Shown: piece after piece, positions 53,101 through 64,000 of the stretch | Layout of the letters: the number at the start of each line of letters is the position of its first letter | How positions within the stretch are numbered: the stretch's first letter is position 1 | Assembly (NCBI GenBank): GCA_015680685.1 | Contig: MNCI01001334.1 | Coordinates: 180,726-244,725, forward strand | Reading direction: 5' to 3' | Origin: Gnetum montanum | Taxonomy: Eukaryota > Plantae > Gnetophyta | Length of the DNA: 64,000 nt | Position numbers and translations under genes: made by a program | The notes under the pieces: model-generated | Database searches by the model: none | Told to the model about the DNA's origin: nothing | The model's input: only the letters and a program-made list of their open reading frames with translations

Positions 53101-53744
53101 ATACACAATAGTTCTGATTTGAGGGCCCTTGATGAATTCAACTAGGGCAGTTTCAGCCACTACTAAGGTTTGATCGTTAATGATCAGGCCTACATCATTG
53201 ACTTTGTACCTCAAAGTTCATAAAACTAATGAAGTAAGGAATGGTAGTGTGATAAATAAAGGTAATAAAAACCTAAAAATATCACAATAACCATGCTTAC
53301 CCTTGTAAATGATACACAGTACCAGGTGGATTCGAGAATAATGTATGGGCTCTATGCACCACTATTAGAGTATTGTTAACATTATACTGATTATACTTTG
53401 GCATAATCTAGATCTCTATAAGGTAGTGTGGACTAATAACATCTACATTCCCTCCTATTTCCCTGGGAGGTGAATTAATAGTAATTAACCTAAAAATTAG
53501 ACCAGAAATCCATGGTAATAATGTCTCCACTATGATCCTAGCCACATTTGCAGACAAGTGTGACCACAACATCACACTAAAGTTTTGTAGAATATAGGCA
53601 AGAAACTTCCTTGTCCCAAGCTGAAACCATAGTGAAACCTTTCCCAAAGGCATGTCAAACAATGGGGTGTTGTCCTTAGGATGGCTAATATAGTATAAAA
53701 TTCCCACCAACTCCACAATGATGAGGATGGGCTTCAAGTAAACA
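50150..53744 (-). pseudogene. Antisense multi-exon cargo gene, copy B (most complete; ~1000 codons visible, first exon not located)
   Basis: Exons ~53744-53301, 53209-52932, 52824-51771, 51694-51491, ~51403-51264, 51149-50331, and probably ~50243-50150. GT..AG introns of 76-114 bp. ORF 53408-53776 covers most of the first visible exon. Confidence 0.8.
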
Positions 53745-54587
53745 CTACATGAAGCAAAGAAAAACATCACAATCACTTAAAATTTCTTAATGAGTTTGAA
53801 AAAACATCCTAATTGGGGGTGAAATTAACCCCTCTAAAAATATTTATGATGTTTATTCTATTTTTCTTAAGGAATTTCGCAAAAAGCATTATTACAACCT
53901 TTCATAGCCTTTTACTTCATAGCCAAAATTAAGCCTTAGTCTAAACCATGCATAAGTTTAGAAAAAGCATGAAAACATAGAAAAGAAGCATACAACCATA
54001 GTAAAAAGCTTGCTAAAAATAGTAAAAGCATTTTTTTTCTTAAAAACAAATTTAAAAAATACGTTTTACATGTTGAAAAATACATACATCAATCACATGC
54101 ATCCCCAAAGGGGCAAAGTGCTACAACCAAGAGTTAGCCTTATTCACATAGTTTAGCCAAAATTCATTAAAATTTCATTAAAGCTATGATTTTAGTGATT
54201 CTACCATGAAAATAATCTTGAAATCACAAGCTTTGTAGCCATACCATTACAACCAAAGACACATAACCATTTTTACATAAACCATAGACAAAATTAGCAA
54301 AAATCATAGCCGTCACCATCAACACCCTTTAGCGTAGGGTTGGTAAAAAATTCATCCAAAATTTGTTTCAGCTCCAAATAAGGTGAGGGCACCATAGTTT
54401 GAAAAATTAAATTGATTCCTATGCACCCACACTTAAAGAAAATTAAAAATCACTATCGTTGATTTAGAAAAAATTCATCAATTTGGATGAAAATCTAAAA
54501 AAGACACAAATCCCTTTTAACATAGGCTTAATAAAAAATTTATAAATTTCATTTTTAGTCCAATTGGAGTGATTCAACCTACATTGG

Positions 54588-55490
54588 TGATGAGCAACAA
54601 GGTACCCCTATGCCCAACCATACAAATCACAAAGCACTCACTCGTGATCCAGTTAAATTCTATGGACTATATTGTTTTTGGTGCACTAGTCCTTTAAGAA
54701 TTGAATCTTTCTTTAAGGTCAATCGTTGTCTTTCCAATTACACTTATGACATTCATTAGTATGGTTAAGTCTAATTGAGGCAGCCAATTTTTATCATTTT
54801 ATGTTTTATAGTTTGGTGCTCAAAATGTAGATAAAAGGAATATCATTAACTAATCTAAATTAACTAATTAACTAGCATTTAACTAATCATAACATAAGCA
54901 TTCAGTCCCACTTTCTGTACATGTCCTAAACCCATGTATCCACTACTGGGTGACCAAGCGCTATGCTACTGGGCATACTAAGTAATAATGCTATTGGAAT
55001 TACCAAGCGAATATGTGTTATGCTCGAAGTGGTCATACTTATGTGTGTAATCTATCTAGCTTAATTGCTTTATTAATGTAATAACTAGAAAATATTTAAT
55101 AACTAATGAAAAACATTTAATAAATAATTAAAACATTGAATGCATAATTGAAATAGCTAATCTATCCAAAGTGCTACAAGGTTTTTTAGAAAGCTTGCCT
55201 TTATTATTGCACACAATGTCATGCTTAGGTACAACAATGCTCAAATAAAGATCCATACATCCAATGACTCCTGTTGCAGGCACTTGAGGGAAAAACTCTA
55301 ATTTTCAAATGGAAAAAATGCAAAATCTTTACTGCAACTACAATATCTACTTGCCATAAATTAGCTACAAGCACATATTTATAGCCAAAAATCAAGAAAA
55401 CCAACACTACATCGATGAGGCCTTGTCGATGCATTATATGATGCATCGACAAGGCCTCATCTACGTAGCCAATTGAACTATAACTCATCA
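54588..55490 (-). repeat. 3' LTR (903 bp)
   Basis: 7-bp terminal inverted repeat TGATGAG/CTCATCA. Tat homology stops at 54587. Candidate TSD attgg (54583-87). 21-bp-stem hairpin at 55414-55461. Confidence 0.85.
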
Positions 55491-55695
55491 TACCCTCAAG
55501 ATTGAATGAAAACTCATCCTTGAGTTCTTTTACAAAATTGGGAAGGTAAGGGATTATTAACTAACTTTTCTTCAAACAAAATAAATTGACTAACTTGATA
55601 AAAAAATGGAGTGCCCAAGTGTATAGATCCACACATTACAAAATATGAAGGTGCTCATGACACAACATTAAACACCATAACTCAACTCTTCAAAA

Positions 55696-58599
55696 CTAGA
55701 AAACACATTCCTTGATGGTGTGAAGCTTATTGGAGAAGATCAAATAGTCCCAGGTAGTGGTGGTTCCTAAGGCTTCAAGAGACCTTCACTAGCTTCATGA
55801 ATGGGCAGCAATTGAGGTGGCTACAACTATCCTATTACTACTATGACTTCAAGTGGGAGGCGGAAAGCATCTAACAGTGTTTTCATTTTCTCCTCCTTAC
55901 TCCTAGGATCATGCACTATCCATGTAGCTTCACCAATGTGGGTTGGAACGGGCACATCCCAAGGACACAGAATTGCTAGAAATAACTCTTTTGCATTGAT
56001 GAACCAGGTAGCGAACTATTTGCATTCAATGTCAAACACCTTGACTATGTCTTTTAGCTCTTGGTAGTCATTCATCCATCTGTATAGGTTCTCAGCAATT
56101 GATCATTGGCCTTTGAACCATGTTCTGAGAACTTCAAGTTCAACATTTGTAGTCTCAAGCTTGTGGTTGGTGTCTTTGTGATGCTTGAACTTTGCCTTGT
56201 ATAACAAATACAAGCTATCCACTTTTTGTTCTAGTTCTAACCATAGCTATTTGGGAGTCAACATTGCCAAGTTTGCATATTGGAGATTAGCCAACTTCAT
56301 GTACTCTATCATTTCCTCAATTTTCAACTCATTTAAGTGAATGTTTGCTTTGTTGTAGGCATCGATCCCATCAATGATGGGCTACCACATTTCTCTTCTT
56401 TGTTGGAGTTATTAGATGATTTTATTCACCATATAAATTTGTTTTTTATTCACTTCCTTTTGCAAGACAAACCAGTCCCTATAGTGATTCTTCACTTTCT
56501 TGAATTCAAGGGCCTCATTCTTCCAAGTGGTGATTTCAATGATCGATTTCTAGCGCAAGGCACACACTTCCTCTATTGACATATTATGATTTTTTGTGAT
56601 CAATCTCCTTAATTCAGTGTTCACACTAGCAAGCTATTCATGTTGTTGATTAAGGAATTTCTCCATTTGATCTTTATAAGAATCAACATTTCGTAGGTAA
56701 TAATTTTTTGTGGTAAGTGCTTTATTCTCCTAGTGCATCTGTTCCAAGTCCTTTCGAATTGAGTGCATTTCTACTTTAGCTATGGACTAGTTAAAGATGG
56801 TCATAACTACCTCTTCCTCAACCTTCTAGAATCTTTCTTAAATCTATTTGAAAGTTTCATCTCTTGTTATTTCTAGGCTAAGGATCGTAGGACCCATAAG
56901 TCGGGCACAAAGTTCAGTAACCTCCACGGCCAAGCATTGGTTTCCTTCTTAGGCCATTTCAAGTTGCCCCTCTAGGATGATGCATTTTCCCCTTGTGTTA
57001 AGTAGCTCTAACTAAATCATAGTGATGTTTGCTAAAAAATCAAAGATGTCTAAAGTTGGTTTCCTAATTCCTACTAGTCATTCTAGCAACTTTTCATGTT
57101 GGGCTACATCTAACTTCTAGCTGATCATGCCTATCGACATTTACACATCTCGAAGTGCAGATACGTTTGGTATAGACATTGTGGGAGCATTCAATGCTTT
57201 TGCTACATGATTAACCACCACTTTAGTTGTAATCTCCTACCCATGGTGCTGCATCACCAAGATAGTTACCCCTTCACATTCCTCCAATTGCACAGAATAA
57301 GTGGTAGCATTCCCAAAGATTTCTAAGAATAGATGATGTGTTGATAGTGACATTGTTACCTCTCAAGAATTGGGATATGACATCTTAAGCAACTACATTC
57401 ATTGGTTAGAGAAAATTGAACACCCCTCTCCATCTAACTAACTATTCGAGCCACCTCATTAAGGTGAATCAGCATTGGCTGATATACAGATGGATCTACT
57501 CCACTCGTTGCTCTTATTCACTCAAAAGTTATTCTTAGATTTTACATAGACATTCAATGGCTATATAGGCCTTTAGTGTTGTTTTCTAAGTGGGTGGGGG
57601 TGGAATCTACTCCTCTTTTTGAGTTGTTGTTGATGTTCTATCTTTCATGATCTTTGACGATGAGGCCAAGGAAGCATGCCCAAGGGTATCATTGGAATAG
57701 CAAACAATGCCTGCTCTTTTGCAGAGTTTCCAGATGAGGCATGGAAAGGGTAAGGTCTTCTTTCCATGTTCATTCTCCTTGAAGCACTTATTGATCTCTA
57801 AGTAGATCAGTTATGGAAGGTTAATGAGAAATTTTTAACTTAGAGTGGCACATGCTCAAGTAGAGAAGGTGGTTACCTTGCTTTTCCTCATTGGTGGATT
57901 GAGGTGATAGGCTACAATCTTGAAGTAAATTCACTCCACCAGTGTGAACACACCATACTCCTTACAGTCAACCTCGTAACATCACTAGGTCCACTCCCTC
58001 TTGGCCTTAGGATTGTTTTCTGTGGATAGTTATGCCAGCTTCCTATATCAGGCAACCCAAGTTCCTATGTAGTATCTTCTGTTAAGTAGGACACTTGAAT
58101 ATCCTTAATTTTTATAATGGACCCTAGCCTTTAGCTACTCTAGAAGAGATGTCTCTTCCATATACCATTCCCCATTAGACATGATGGTTGGCCACATGGA
58201 AGAGGCTTGTAGTTATGTCTTGACATCCTCTGGATATTTCTCCAAAAATGGTCCAAAGTTGATCTATTAAAGAATTAATCTTTGGATCTCTTGGGACTTG
58301 ATGATGTCTAAGCAAGCTTGTGTCAAAGTAACCTCAAGCCTTGGCATGGGTCCAGACACTTCTCCTATTTGGGATTGTTCTTTTGGCAGTTCTCCTCTTT
58401 GGGATTGTTTTGTCAGCACTTCTTCTTTTGGAATCTGTCATACAAATTCAACTTTAAGCTCCTCATGAAGAGGTCCCATTGCATGGATTACCTTTGGTAA
58501 TTCTTGGCCTTGTTCTTGTTGGCCCCTTCTAGATTTGGGCTTATTCTCCTGTGGTTGTAAGGGTTCTCCTTCTTGTGAGAATTTCTATTTTTGTGCCAT
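55696..58599 (-). pseudogene. Extra 3' ORF, homolog of 27729-30546
   Basis: ATGGCACAA at 58599; EIFGNATTYSVQLEECEGVTILVMQHHG; LANLQYANLAMLT...ELEQKV. Confidence 0.7.
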
Positions 58600-60789
58600 A
58601 TATAATCACAATGAAACCATGGATTAACAATCATTGTGTAACCTTAAAGCAATTGGGATACCTTTATCTCGTAAGGATGGTTACACTTTGGCTAAGTTGT
58701 GATTATGGCTAATTTAATTAATTCAATTGTCATTTTATTTATCTATTATCATCAATAACCCATCCTGGAGGTTACTGAAAGTGTTAATCTTTGAAAAAAT
58801 TAATGTTTCTATGTTATTAAGGTTATTAACCCTTTGGAGGAGTTAAAAAAATTGTGAAAAAATTTCAGCAATGTTTCATTGGAAACCTTAAGGTTTGTAG
58901 TCCCCACAATAAAGATCTTACCTCCAGTAAGCACAAGATCAAAAAATGCAGTGATTTGGACAAATAGTTGGGAAGTTATGAGCTTTGAAAGGTTTTAGGC
59001 TCTAAAAAATTGCAAAAAATTCCCATGTGTTATGAGCAAATGAAAAAAATTCCAAAGTGATTAGTGGTATATATAGTGTGTATGCACTATGTTGATGAGG
59101 CCTTGTCAATGCAACCATTAACCATCATTAACTTCTATTGACTTTGGTCAAACTTTCAAAATACAAGTAATTTTTGGATGAAATTGGGGTCAAATGAAAG
59201 CTTAAAGGACCAAGAATAATATGAAAATATGAGAAGAGGATGTTGAAGCTTATAAACTTGGAAAAATGAATAAAAATTGATTTAGTGAATAAATGAAATG
59301 AAATATTAAGGAGCACTAAGTGGAATACTCAATGGAAAATGCAAAAGAGGGGATTGTAGCAGTGTCAAAGGGAAGGAACCTTAACTAATCAAGCCAAAAG
59401 CCATGCAAGTGGGTCCTCCCCATAGTAGGCTCATGCCATTTTTTCCCTTGCATAACCTCAACTAAAGAGTCTATGGGCCTCATAGTTGATTAATAGTTAT
59501 GAAAAGTTAGGGACCAACCTAAAAGAATCTACTCAAGAATCCCAACACATCAGACTAAGACATAGAGCATAACATAGAACCTAGTAGTGAGGTATCTTAT
59601 GGTAGCATGGATGGATGATAAAGAAGGTGAAATGGAGTTCCAAATTGAGTTCATAAGAAGTCCCTTGTGGAATTTATGTTAAAAATGGCCTAATAAGTTG
59701 CATCCTTAGTCCAGACCAAAACCATCCACTTTCAGTGACTTTTCACCACCACTCCAAGATCGATCCATCCACTTGAGACACAAGAATGCTTCCACAAAAC
59801 AACCACCACTCCACAAAGAGAAGAAAAGAGAAGTAGAAAGTGAGAGAGAGGGCCTTAGTTAGAGGGAACATTCAGGCATAGTTGCATGTTGTTTGAGTCC
59901 CATAACCAATGCTTATAGATAATTTATTTATCCAAGGGGTATGATTTGAATTCATATTATTATTATTTAAATAGGAACCATACCATGCAAGGACTTATTT
60001 TTGTTGAAGGGGTGTGCTTTGAATCCCATTTGATTTTATTTTTTGTTAATGGGTACTACACCATGTAATGACATTATTTAACTTTCGATTAGTGGGCGGT
60101 ATGGGATGGTAAGAAGTCCATGAAACATACTTAAGCACTCAAGTGAGTAGAAGAGTACAAAGAGTATCGATTCCCCTTGAAGTCACACCTTTACAAACCT
60201 TTGGATCCTTCCTAATTCTGAAACTACCAAGGTCACTAATTGATTAAAACTTTCTTTAATGAAAGTGATCTCAAATTCCCAGAACTAGGAAAACCATAGA
60301 GTTTATTGGATGGCCAGATGACGTGGACTCATTTCTTATTCCTTAGAAATTAGAATTCAAAAATAGAAACCAAACATCAACAATCACACATTAAGCACAA
60401 ACCATCATTAGTAAATAGCAACAGTGATACTATGTCCTATAACAATAAAGCAATTTTATTAGTAAAAATAAGAAAACATCACACTTAAACATAAAGAAAG
60501 CAAAATAAAGTAAAATATATAAGAGAGTGTAAAATAATCAAGAAGTTTCAAAGGTACTAAAGATGGTGAAAAATTAGAAAAATTTGAAGAATTTGAAAAA
60601 TAAAGAATTTGTAAGACAAATAACTTATAAGATAATAAATGTGAAAAAAAGTATAAAAACTAAGAATCCAAATGGATTATTAACACGGATGGCCATCTCC
60701 CCCATGACTAAGTTAGAAGGAGGAGATTCAAAAAATAGAATGTGGTTATCCATCCGTTGAGGTAGTAATTGCACTAGTCTGTCTTGGTT

Positions 60790-63500
60790 CTATGAAAGGC
60801 TTTACTTTTTGAATGTTGACCAACTACTTTTTATTTGTATTATCAAGTTTGTAGATCAACAAGGCCCTAGAGGAAAAGGTTTGATCAATTATATAAGATC
60901 TCTCCCACAATATTTAAAATTTTACCTTTTGGGATACATGTGTGAGATTCCAATAGAGAATCATATCTCCTGGTTGAAGTTTTACTTTCTTGATTCTAAG
61001 GTCATGATGTTGCTTGTTGAATGCATTGTTCACCTCATTCAATGATAAGGCCACTAATTGATTTTCATCTAACATATTCAAGTTGATTAATCTTTCTTTC
61101 TATGCTAGAATTAGGTCAAGATTTAGTTCACAAGCTGTTGAGAGTGTACGAAGCTCAGATTGAATCGAGAGCATTGGAAGTTTTCTATACACCAACTTGT
61201 AGGGAAAATAGCCAATAGGAAGTTTCCAAGTTGAATGATAAGCCCAAAGAGAATTGTTAAGTTTCATACTCCAATCCTTCCTATATTTGCTAATGGTTCA
61301 CATTAGTATTTTTGTGATCTCTTAATTGGTTACCTCTACTTGACCATTGGCTTGGGGGTGGTAAGGTGTTGTTAATTTATGTTCTACCCCTAAGCATTGG
61401 ATTAGTTTTCTAAAGGTGGCACCTATGAAATTAGTTCCATTATTAGAAATTAGTGAATGTGGCACTCCAAACCTATTCACAATATTTTGTTGTATAAATT
61501 TGATAGCAGTGGATGATGTACAATTAGTAACGATTGTTGTCTCTACCCATTTTGTGTAGTAGTCAACTACTACTATAATATATGCCTTCTAGTTGGACAT
61601 GGGTGTGATGGGACCAATGAAGTCAATGCCCCATATGTTAAAAGGTTTTAGTGGTTGAATCCATTATTGAGGACCTTCCATGCAAGCTATCATCCCCCCC
61701 TTCCCCCCTCCCATTGACAACATTCACAAGACTTGACAAATTGGTGGACATCCCTAAAGACTATACGCCAATGGTATCCTACCATTAGGATTTTTATGGT
61801 CATGCATCTCCCTACATAGTGGCCTCCACAAGGTCCTTTGTGAACATCTTAGAGAATTCATAGTTGATCTTTGTTAGGGACATACCAATGAATTAGGCCA
61901 TCAGCACACACCTTGTAAAGATGTCTATTGATTTCCATGAAGTATTTGGCTTGATAAAAAAGTTGTTGCTTCTTCCTGAAATCCAAGTCTTGTGGCATCT
62001 CCTTAGTGAGAATATAGGTAAGGATGCCATTATACCATATTTCTTTTGTAGGCATTTCTTCACTTATTTCTCTTGTAAAGAGGAGCTAATCTAGAAACTA
62101 ATTAGAGAGTGGATCCTCCTCCTCTTTGTTATCCCATTAGTGAGAGAGGTGGTTAGTGACCATATTCTTGGTTCCTTTTCGATCTACCATACTGAGGTTG
62201 AGTTTCTACAAGATCACTAGCCACCATATGACATGGGGGCTCACTATTGGCTTGTTCATAAGGAAGTATATTACACTAAGGTGTGTATGTACAAATACTT
62301 TGTAACTAAGCACATAGTCCTTGAATGTTTCTAGTTTTTACATTGCTATCATTACTTCTTTCTCTGTGGTGATGTAATTTAACTATGCTCCCACAATGCT
62401 TCAACTCATGTAGTGGATGTAATATGGACATTTCATTATTCATCTACGTAAGTACTACTCCCAAAGCATAGTTAGATGCATCTATCATGATGTGAAAGGA
62501 TCTAGACCAGTCTAGCGCTCGTAGAATTGGTGTTTCTATGAGTTTTTCTTTTAACTTTTGGAATGCATGTTCACATTCCTTGGTCTAGATGAAAGATGCA
62601 TCTTTCTTTGTAAGCTCTACCAATGGCTTTATGATCTTAGAGAAATTCTCTATGAATCACTAAGAGTAACTAGTATGTCCAAGGAATGACTGAACATCTT
62701 TAATGGTCTTTAGTTGACATGTTATTTCTTGGATGATCCTTATCTTTTCTAGGTCTACATCAATCCCTTTTTCGAAATTTGATGCCCTAGCATAATGCCT
62801 TCTTGGACCATGAGATGACTTTTTTGCTAGTTGGGTCGCAAGTTTGTCTTAACACATCTCTTCAATACTTGCTCTAGGCAATCCAAGACTTACTTGAAGG
62901 TAGCTCCATAGGTGGAAAATTCATCCATGAATACTTCAACACCACTACCAATCTGTCTTTTGAAGATACTAAGGACCAAATGTTAAAATGTTGTCAGGGC
63001 ATTGCACAGAACAAATGACATATTATAATATGTAAAATTTCCCCAAGGACTCATGAATGTTCTCTTGGCTTGATCTTTGGGTTCACTTTGGATTTGGTTA
63101 TAGCCACTATAAATATTCAAGAAGCTATAATAATAATGACCAAATATGGTGTCTAACACTTGATCTACAAATGGCAAAGGAAAATGATCTTTAAACATTA
63201 TCATATTCAACAGCTTGAAGTCGATACAAACTTACGATTTGCCTCCCTTCTTAGGTACAATTACAAGTGGACTAATCCACTCACTATCTACAATTGGATA
63301 GGTGAATGTCATCTTGAGGATTTTATTTATTTCCTCCTTGATGATCTATTTCAATTTGGGGTTTAGTCACCTCTGGGGTTGCCTTATAGGCTTCATGATC
63401 AAGTCGATGTAGATGCAATGCTAGCATATTCTTGGATCAATTCCAGTTAGCTTAGGATATAACCAAGCAAAGGATATTGATAATTTGTTCATCACTTTCA
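60790..63500 (-). pseudogene. pol: pol remnant (RT, RNase H, integrase)
   Basis: ORF 62983-63210 (KDHFPLPFVDQVLD...YSGYNQI); VFMDEFS; FHIMIDASNYALG; ORF 61858-62055; HKGPCGGH; WGIDFIGP; VDYYTKWVE. Confidence 0.92.
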
Positions 63501-64000
63501 AAAACTTTTCTTTTTGTTTAGGAGCAAGTTTGGCATAATTATGATTGGTTTACCATTCTTTAAAATTACATACTCTATACTATCTAGTAAATTTTTTAGT
63601 TCTAGGGGCTCCTGCTTGAAGTTATTAGGGATTTTGAACTCTCCCCAACATGTATCATTATCTTCATCAGAGAGTTGGGAATGAACTTATTCAATTTTGC
63701 CCATGGCTTTAACATATGTACATGTTAGGCTCTTAATTAGTTCCATGCATAGTGTGCTACTATCTGAATCAACTATTAGCCACTAGGTGCCATCCTATTT
63801 TGTGGTTGTTATGTAGAGACACCTTTGATTGTTAATTTCTTGTGCACAATAATTGCATGCCTTAATGTATGTACTCTTGATTAACAAAATATTTTGCACA
63901 TAATTGCACCCATTATCATTGTACACGATGCATGGGATACACTACTTCTTAATTTTTCCTACCTCATTTTCCATGGATATTTCTAAAGATAGGTTCCTTA

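Larger units (their letters stand above)
43821..54587 (+). mobile_element. Tat family copy B: 5' LTR, PBS, gag, protease, minisatellite, antisense gene; interrupted at 54588
   Basis: LTR plus PBS, gag and PR motifs. 50709-54587 is colinear with 1-4050. Confidence 0.9.
54588..64000 (-). mobile_element. Second Athila-like element (3' LTR, extra ORF, pol); continues beyond the window; inserted into Tat copy B
   Basis: LTR 54588-55490. The pre-LTR motif caaggatgagtttt...gggta is shared with the first Athila-like element. Minus-strand pol. Confidence 0.9.

Overview
Gene-free, AT-rich land-plant repeat DNA built almost entirely of old, nested, heavily C>T/G>A-decayed retroelements. I found no intact host gene, rRNA, tRNA or CRISPR array. 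Contents: (1) three partial copies of one Ty3/gypsy Tat-lineage family with ~1.45-kb LTRs (copy 1: <1-14573; copy A: 36657-43820; copy B: 43821-54587). (2) Two Athila-like elements: 20058-32385 (+), with both LTRs and a target-site duplication (TSD), and 54588->64000 (-). Each has a long extra 3' ORF. (3) Two RTE-clade LINEs, one split by the first Athila-like element. (4) A young CpG-rich LTR insertion spanning an assembly gap. Main observation: overlapping the Tat copies gives LTR-PBS(Asn)-gag-PR-[~10 kb spacer]-RT-RH-aRH-INT-LTR. The spacer carries an antisense gene of about 1000 codons, with at least 5 short GT-AG introns at matching positions across the copies. An array of palindromic motifs lies upstream of that gene, and their half-site recurs in the LTR. 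All translations and alignments were done by eye. No database search was run.
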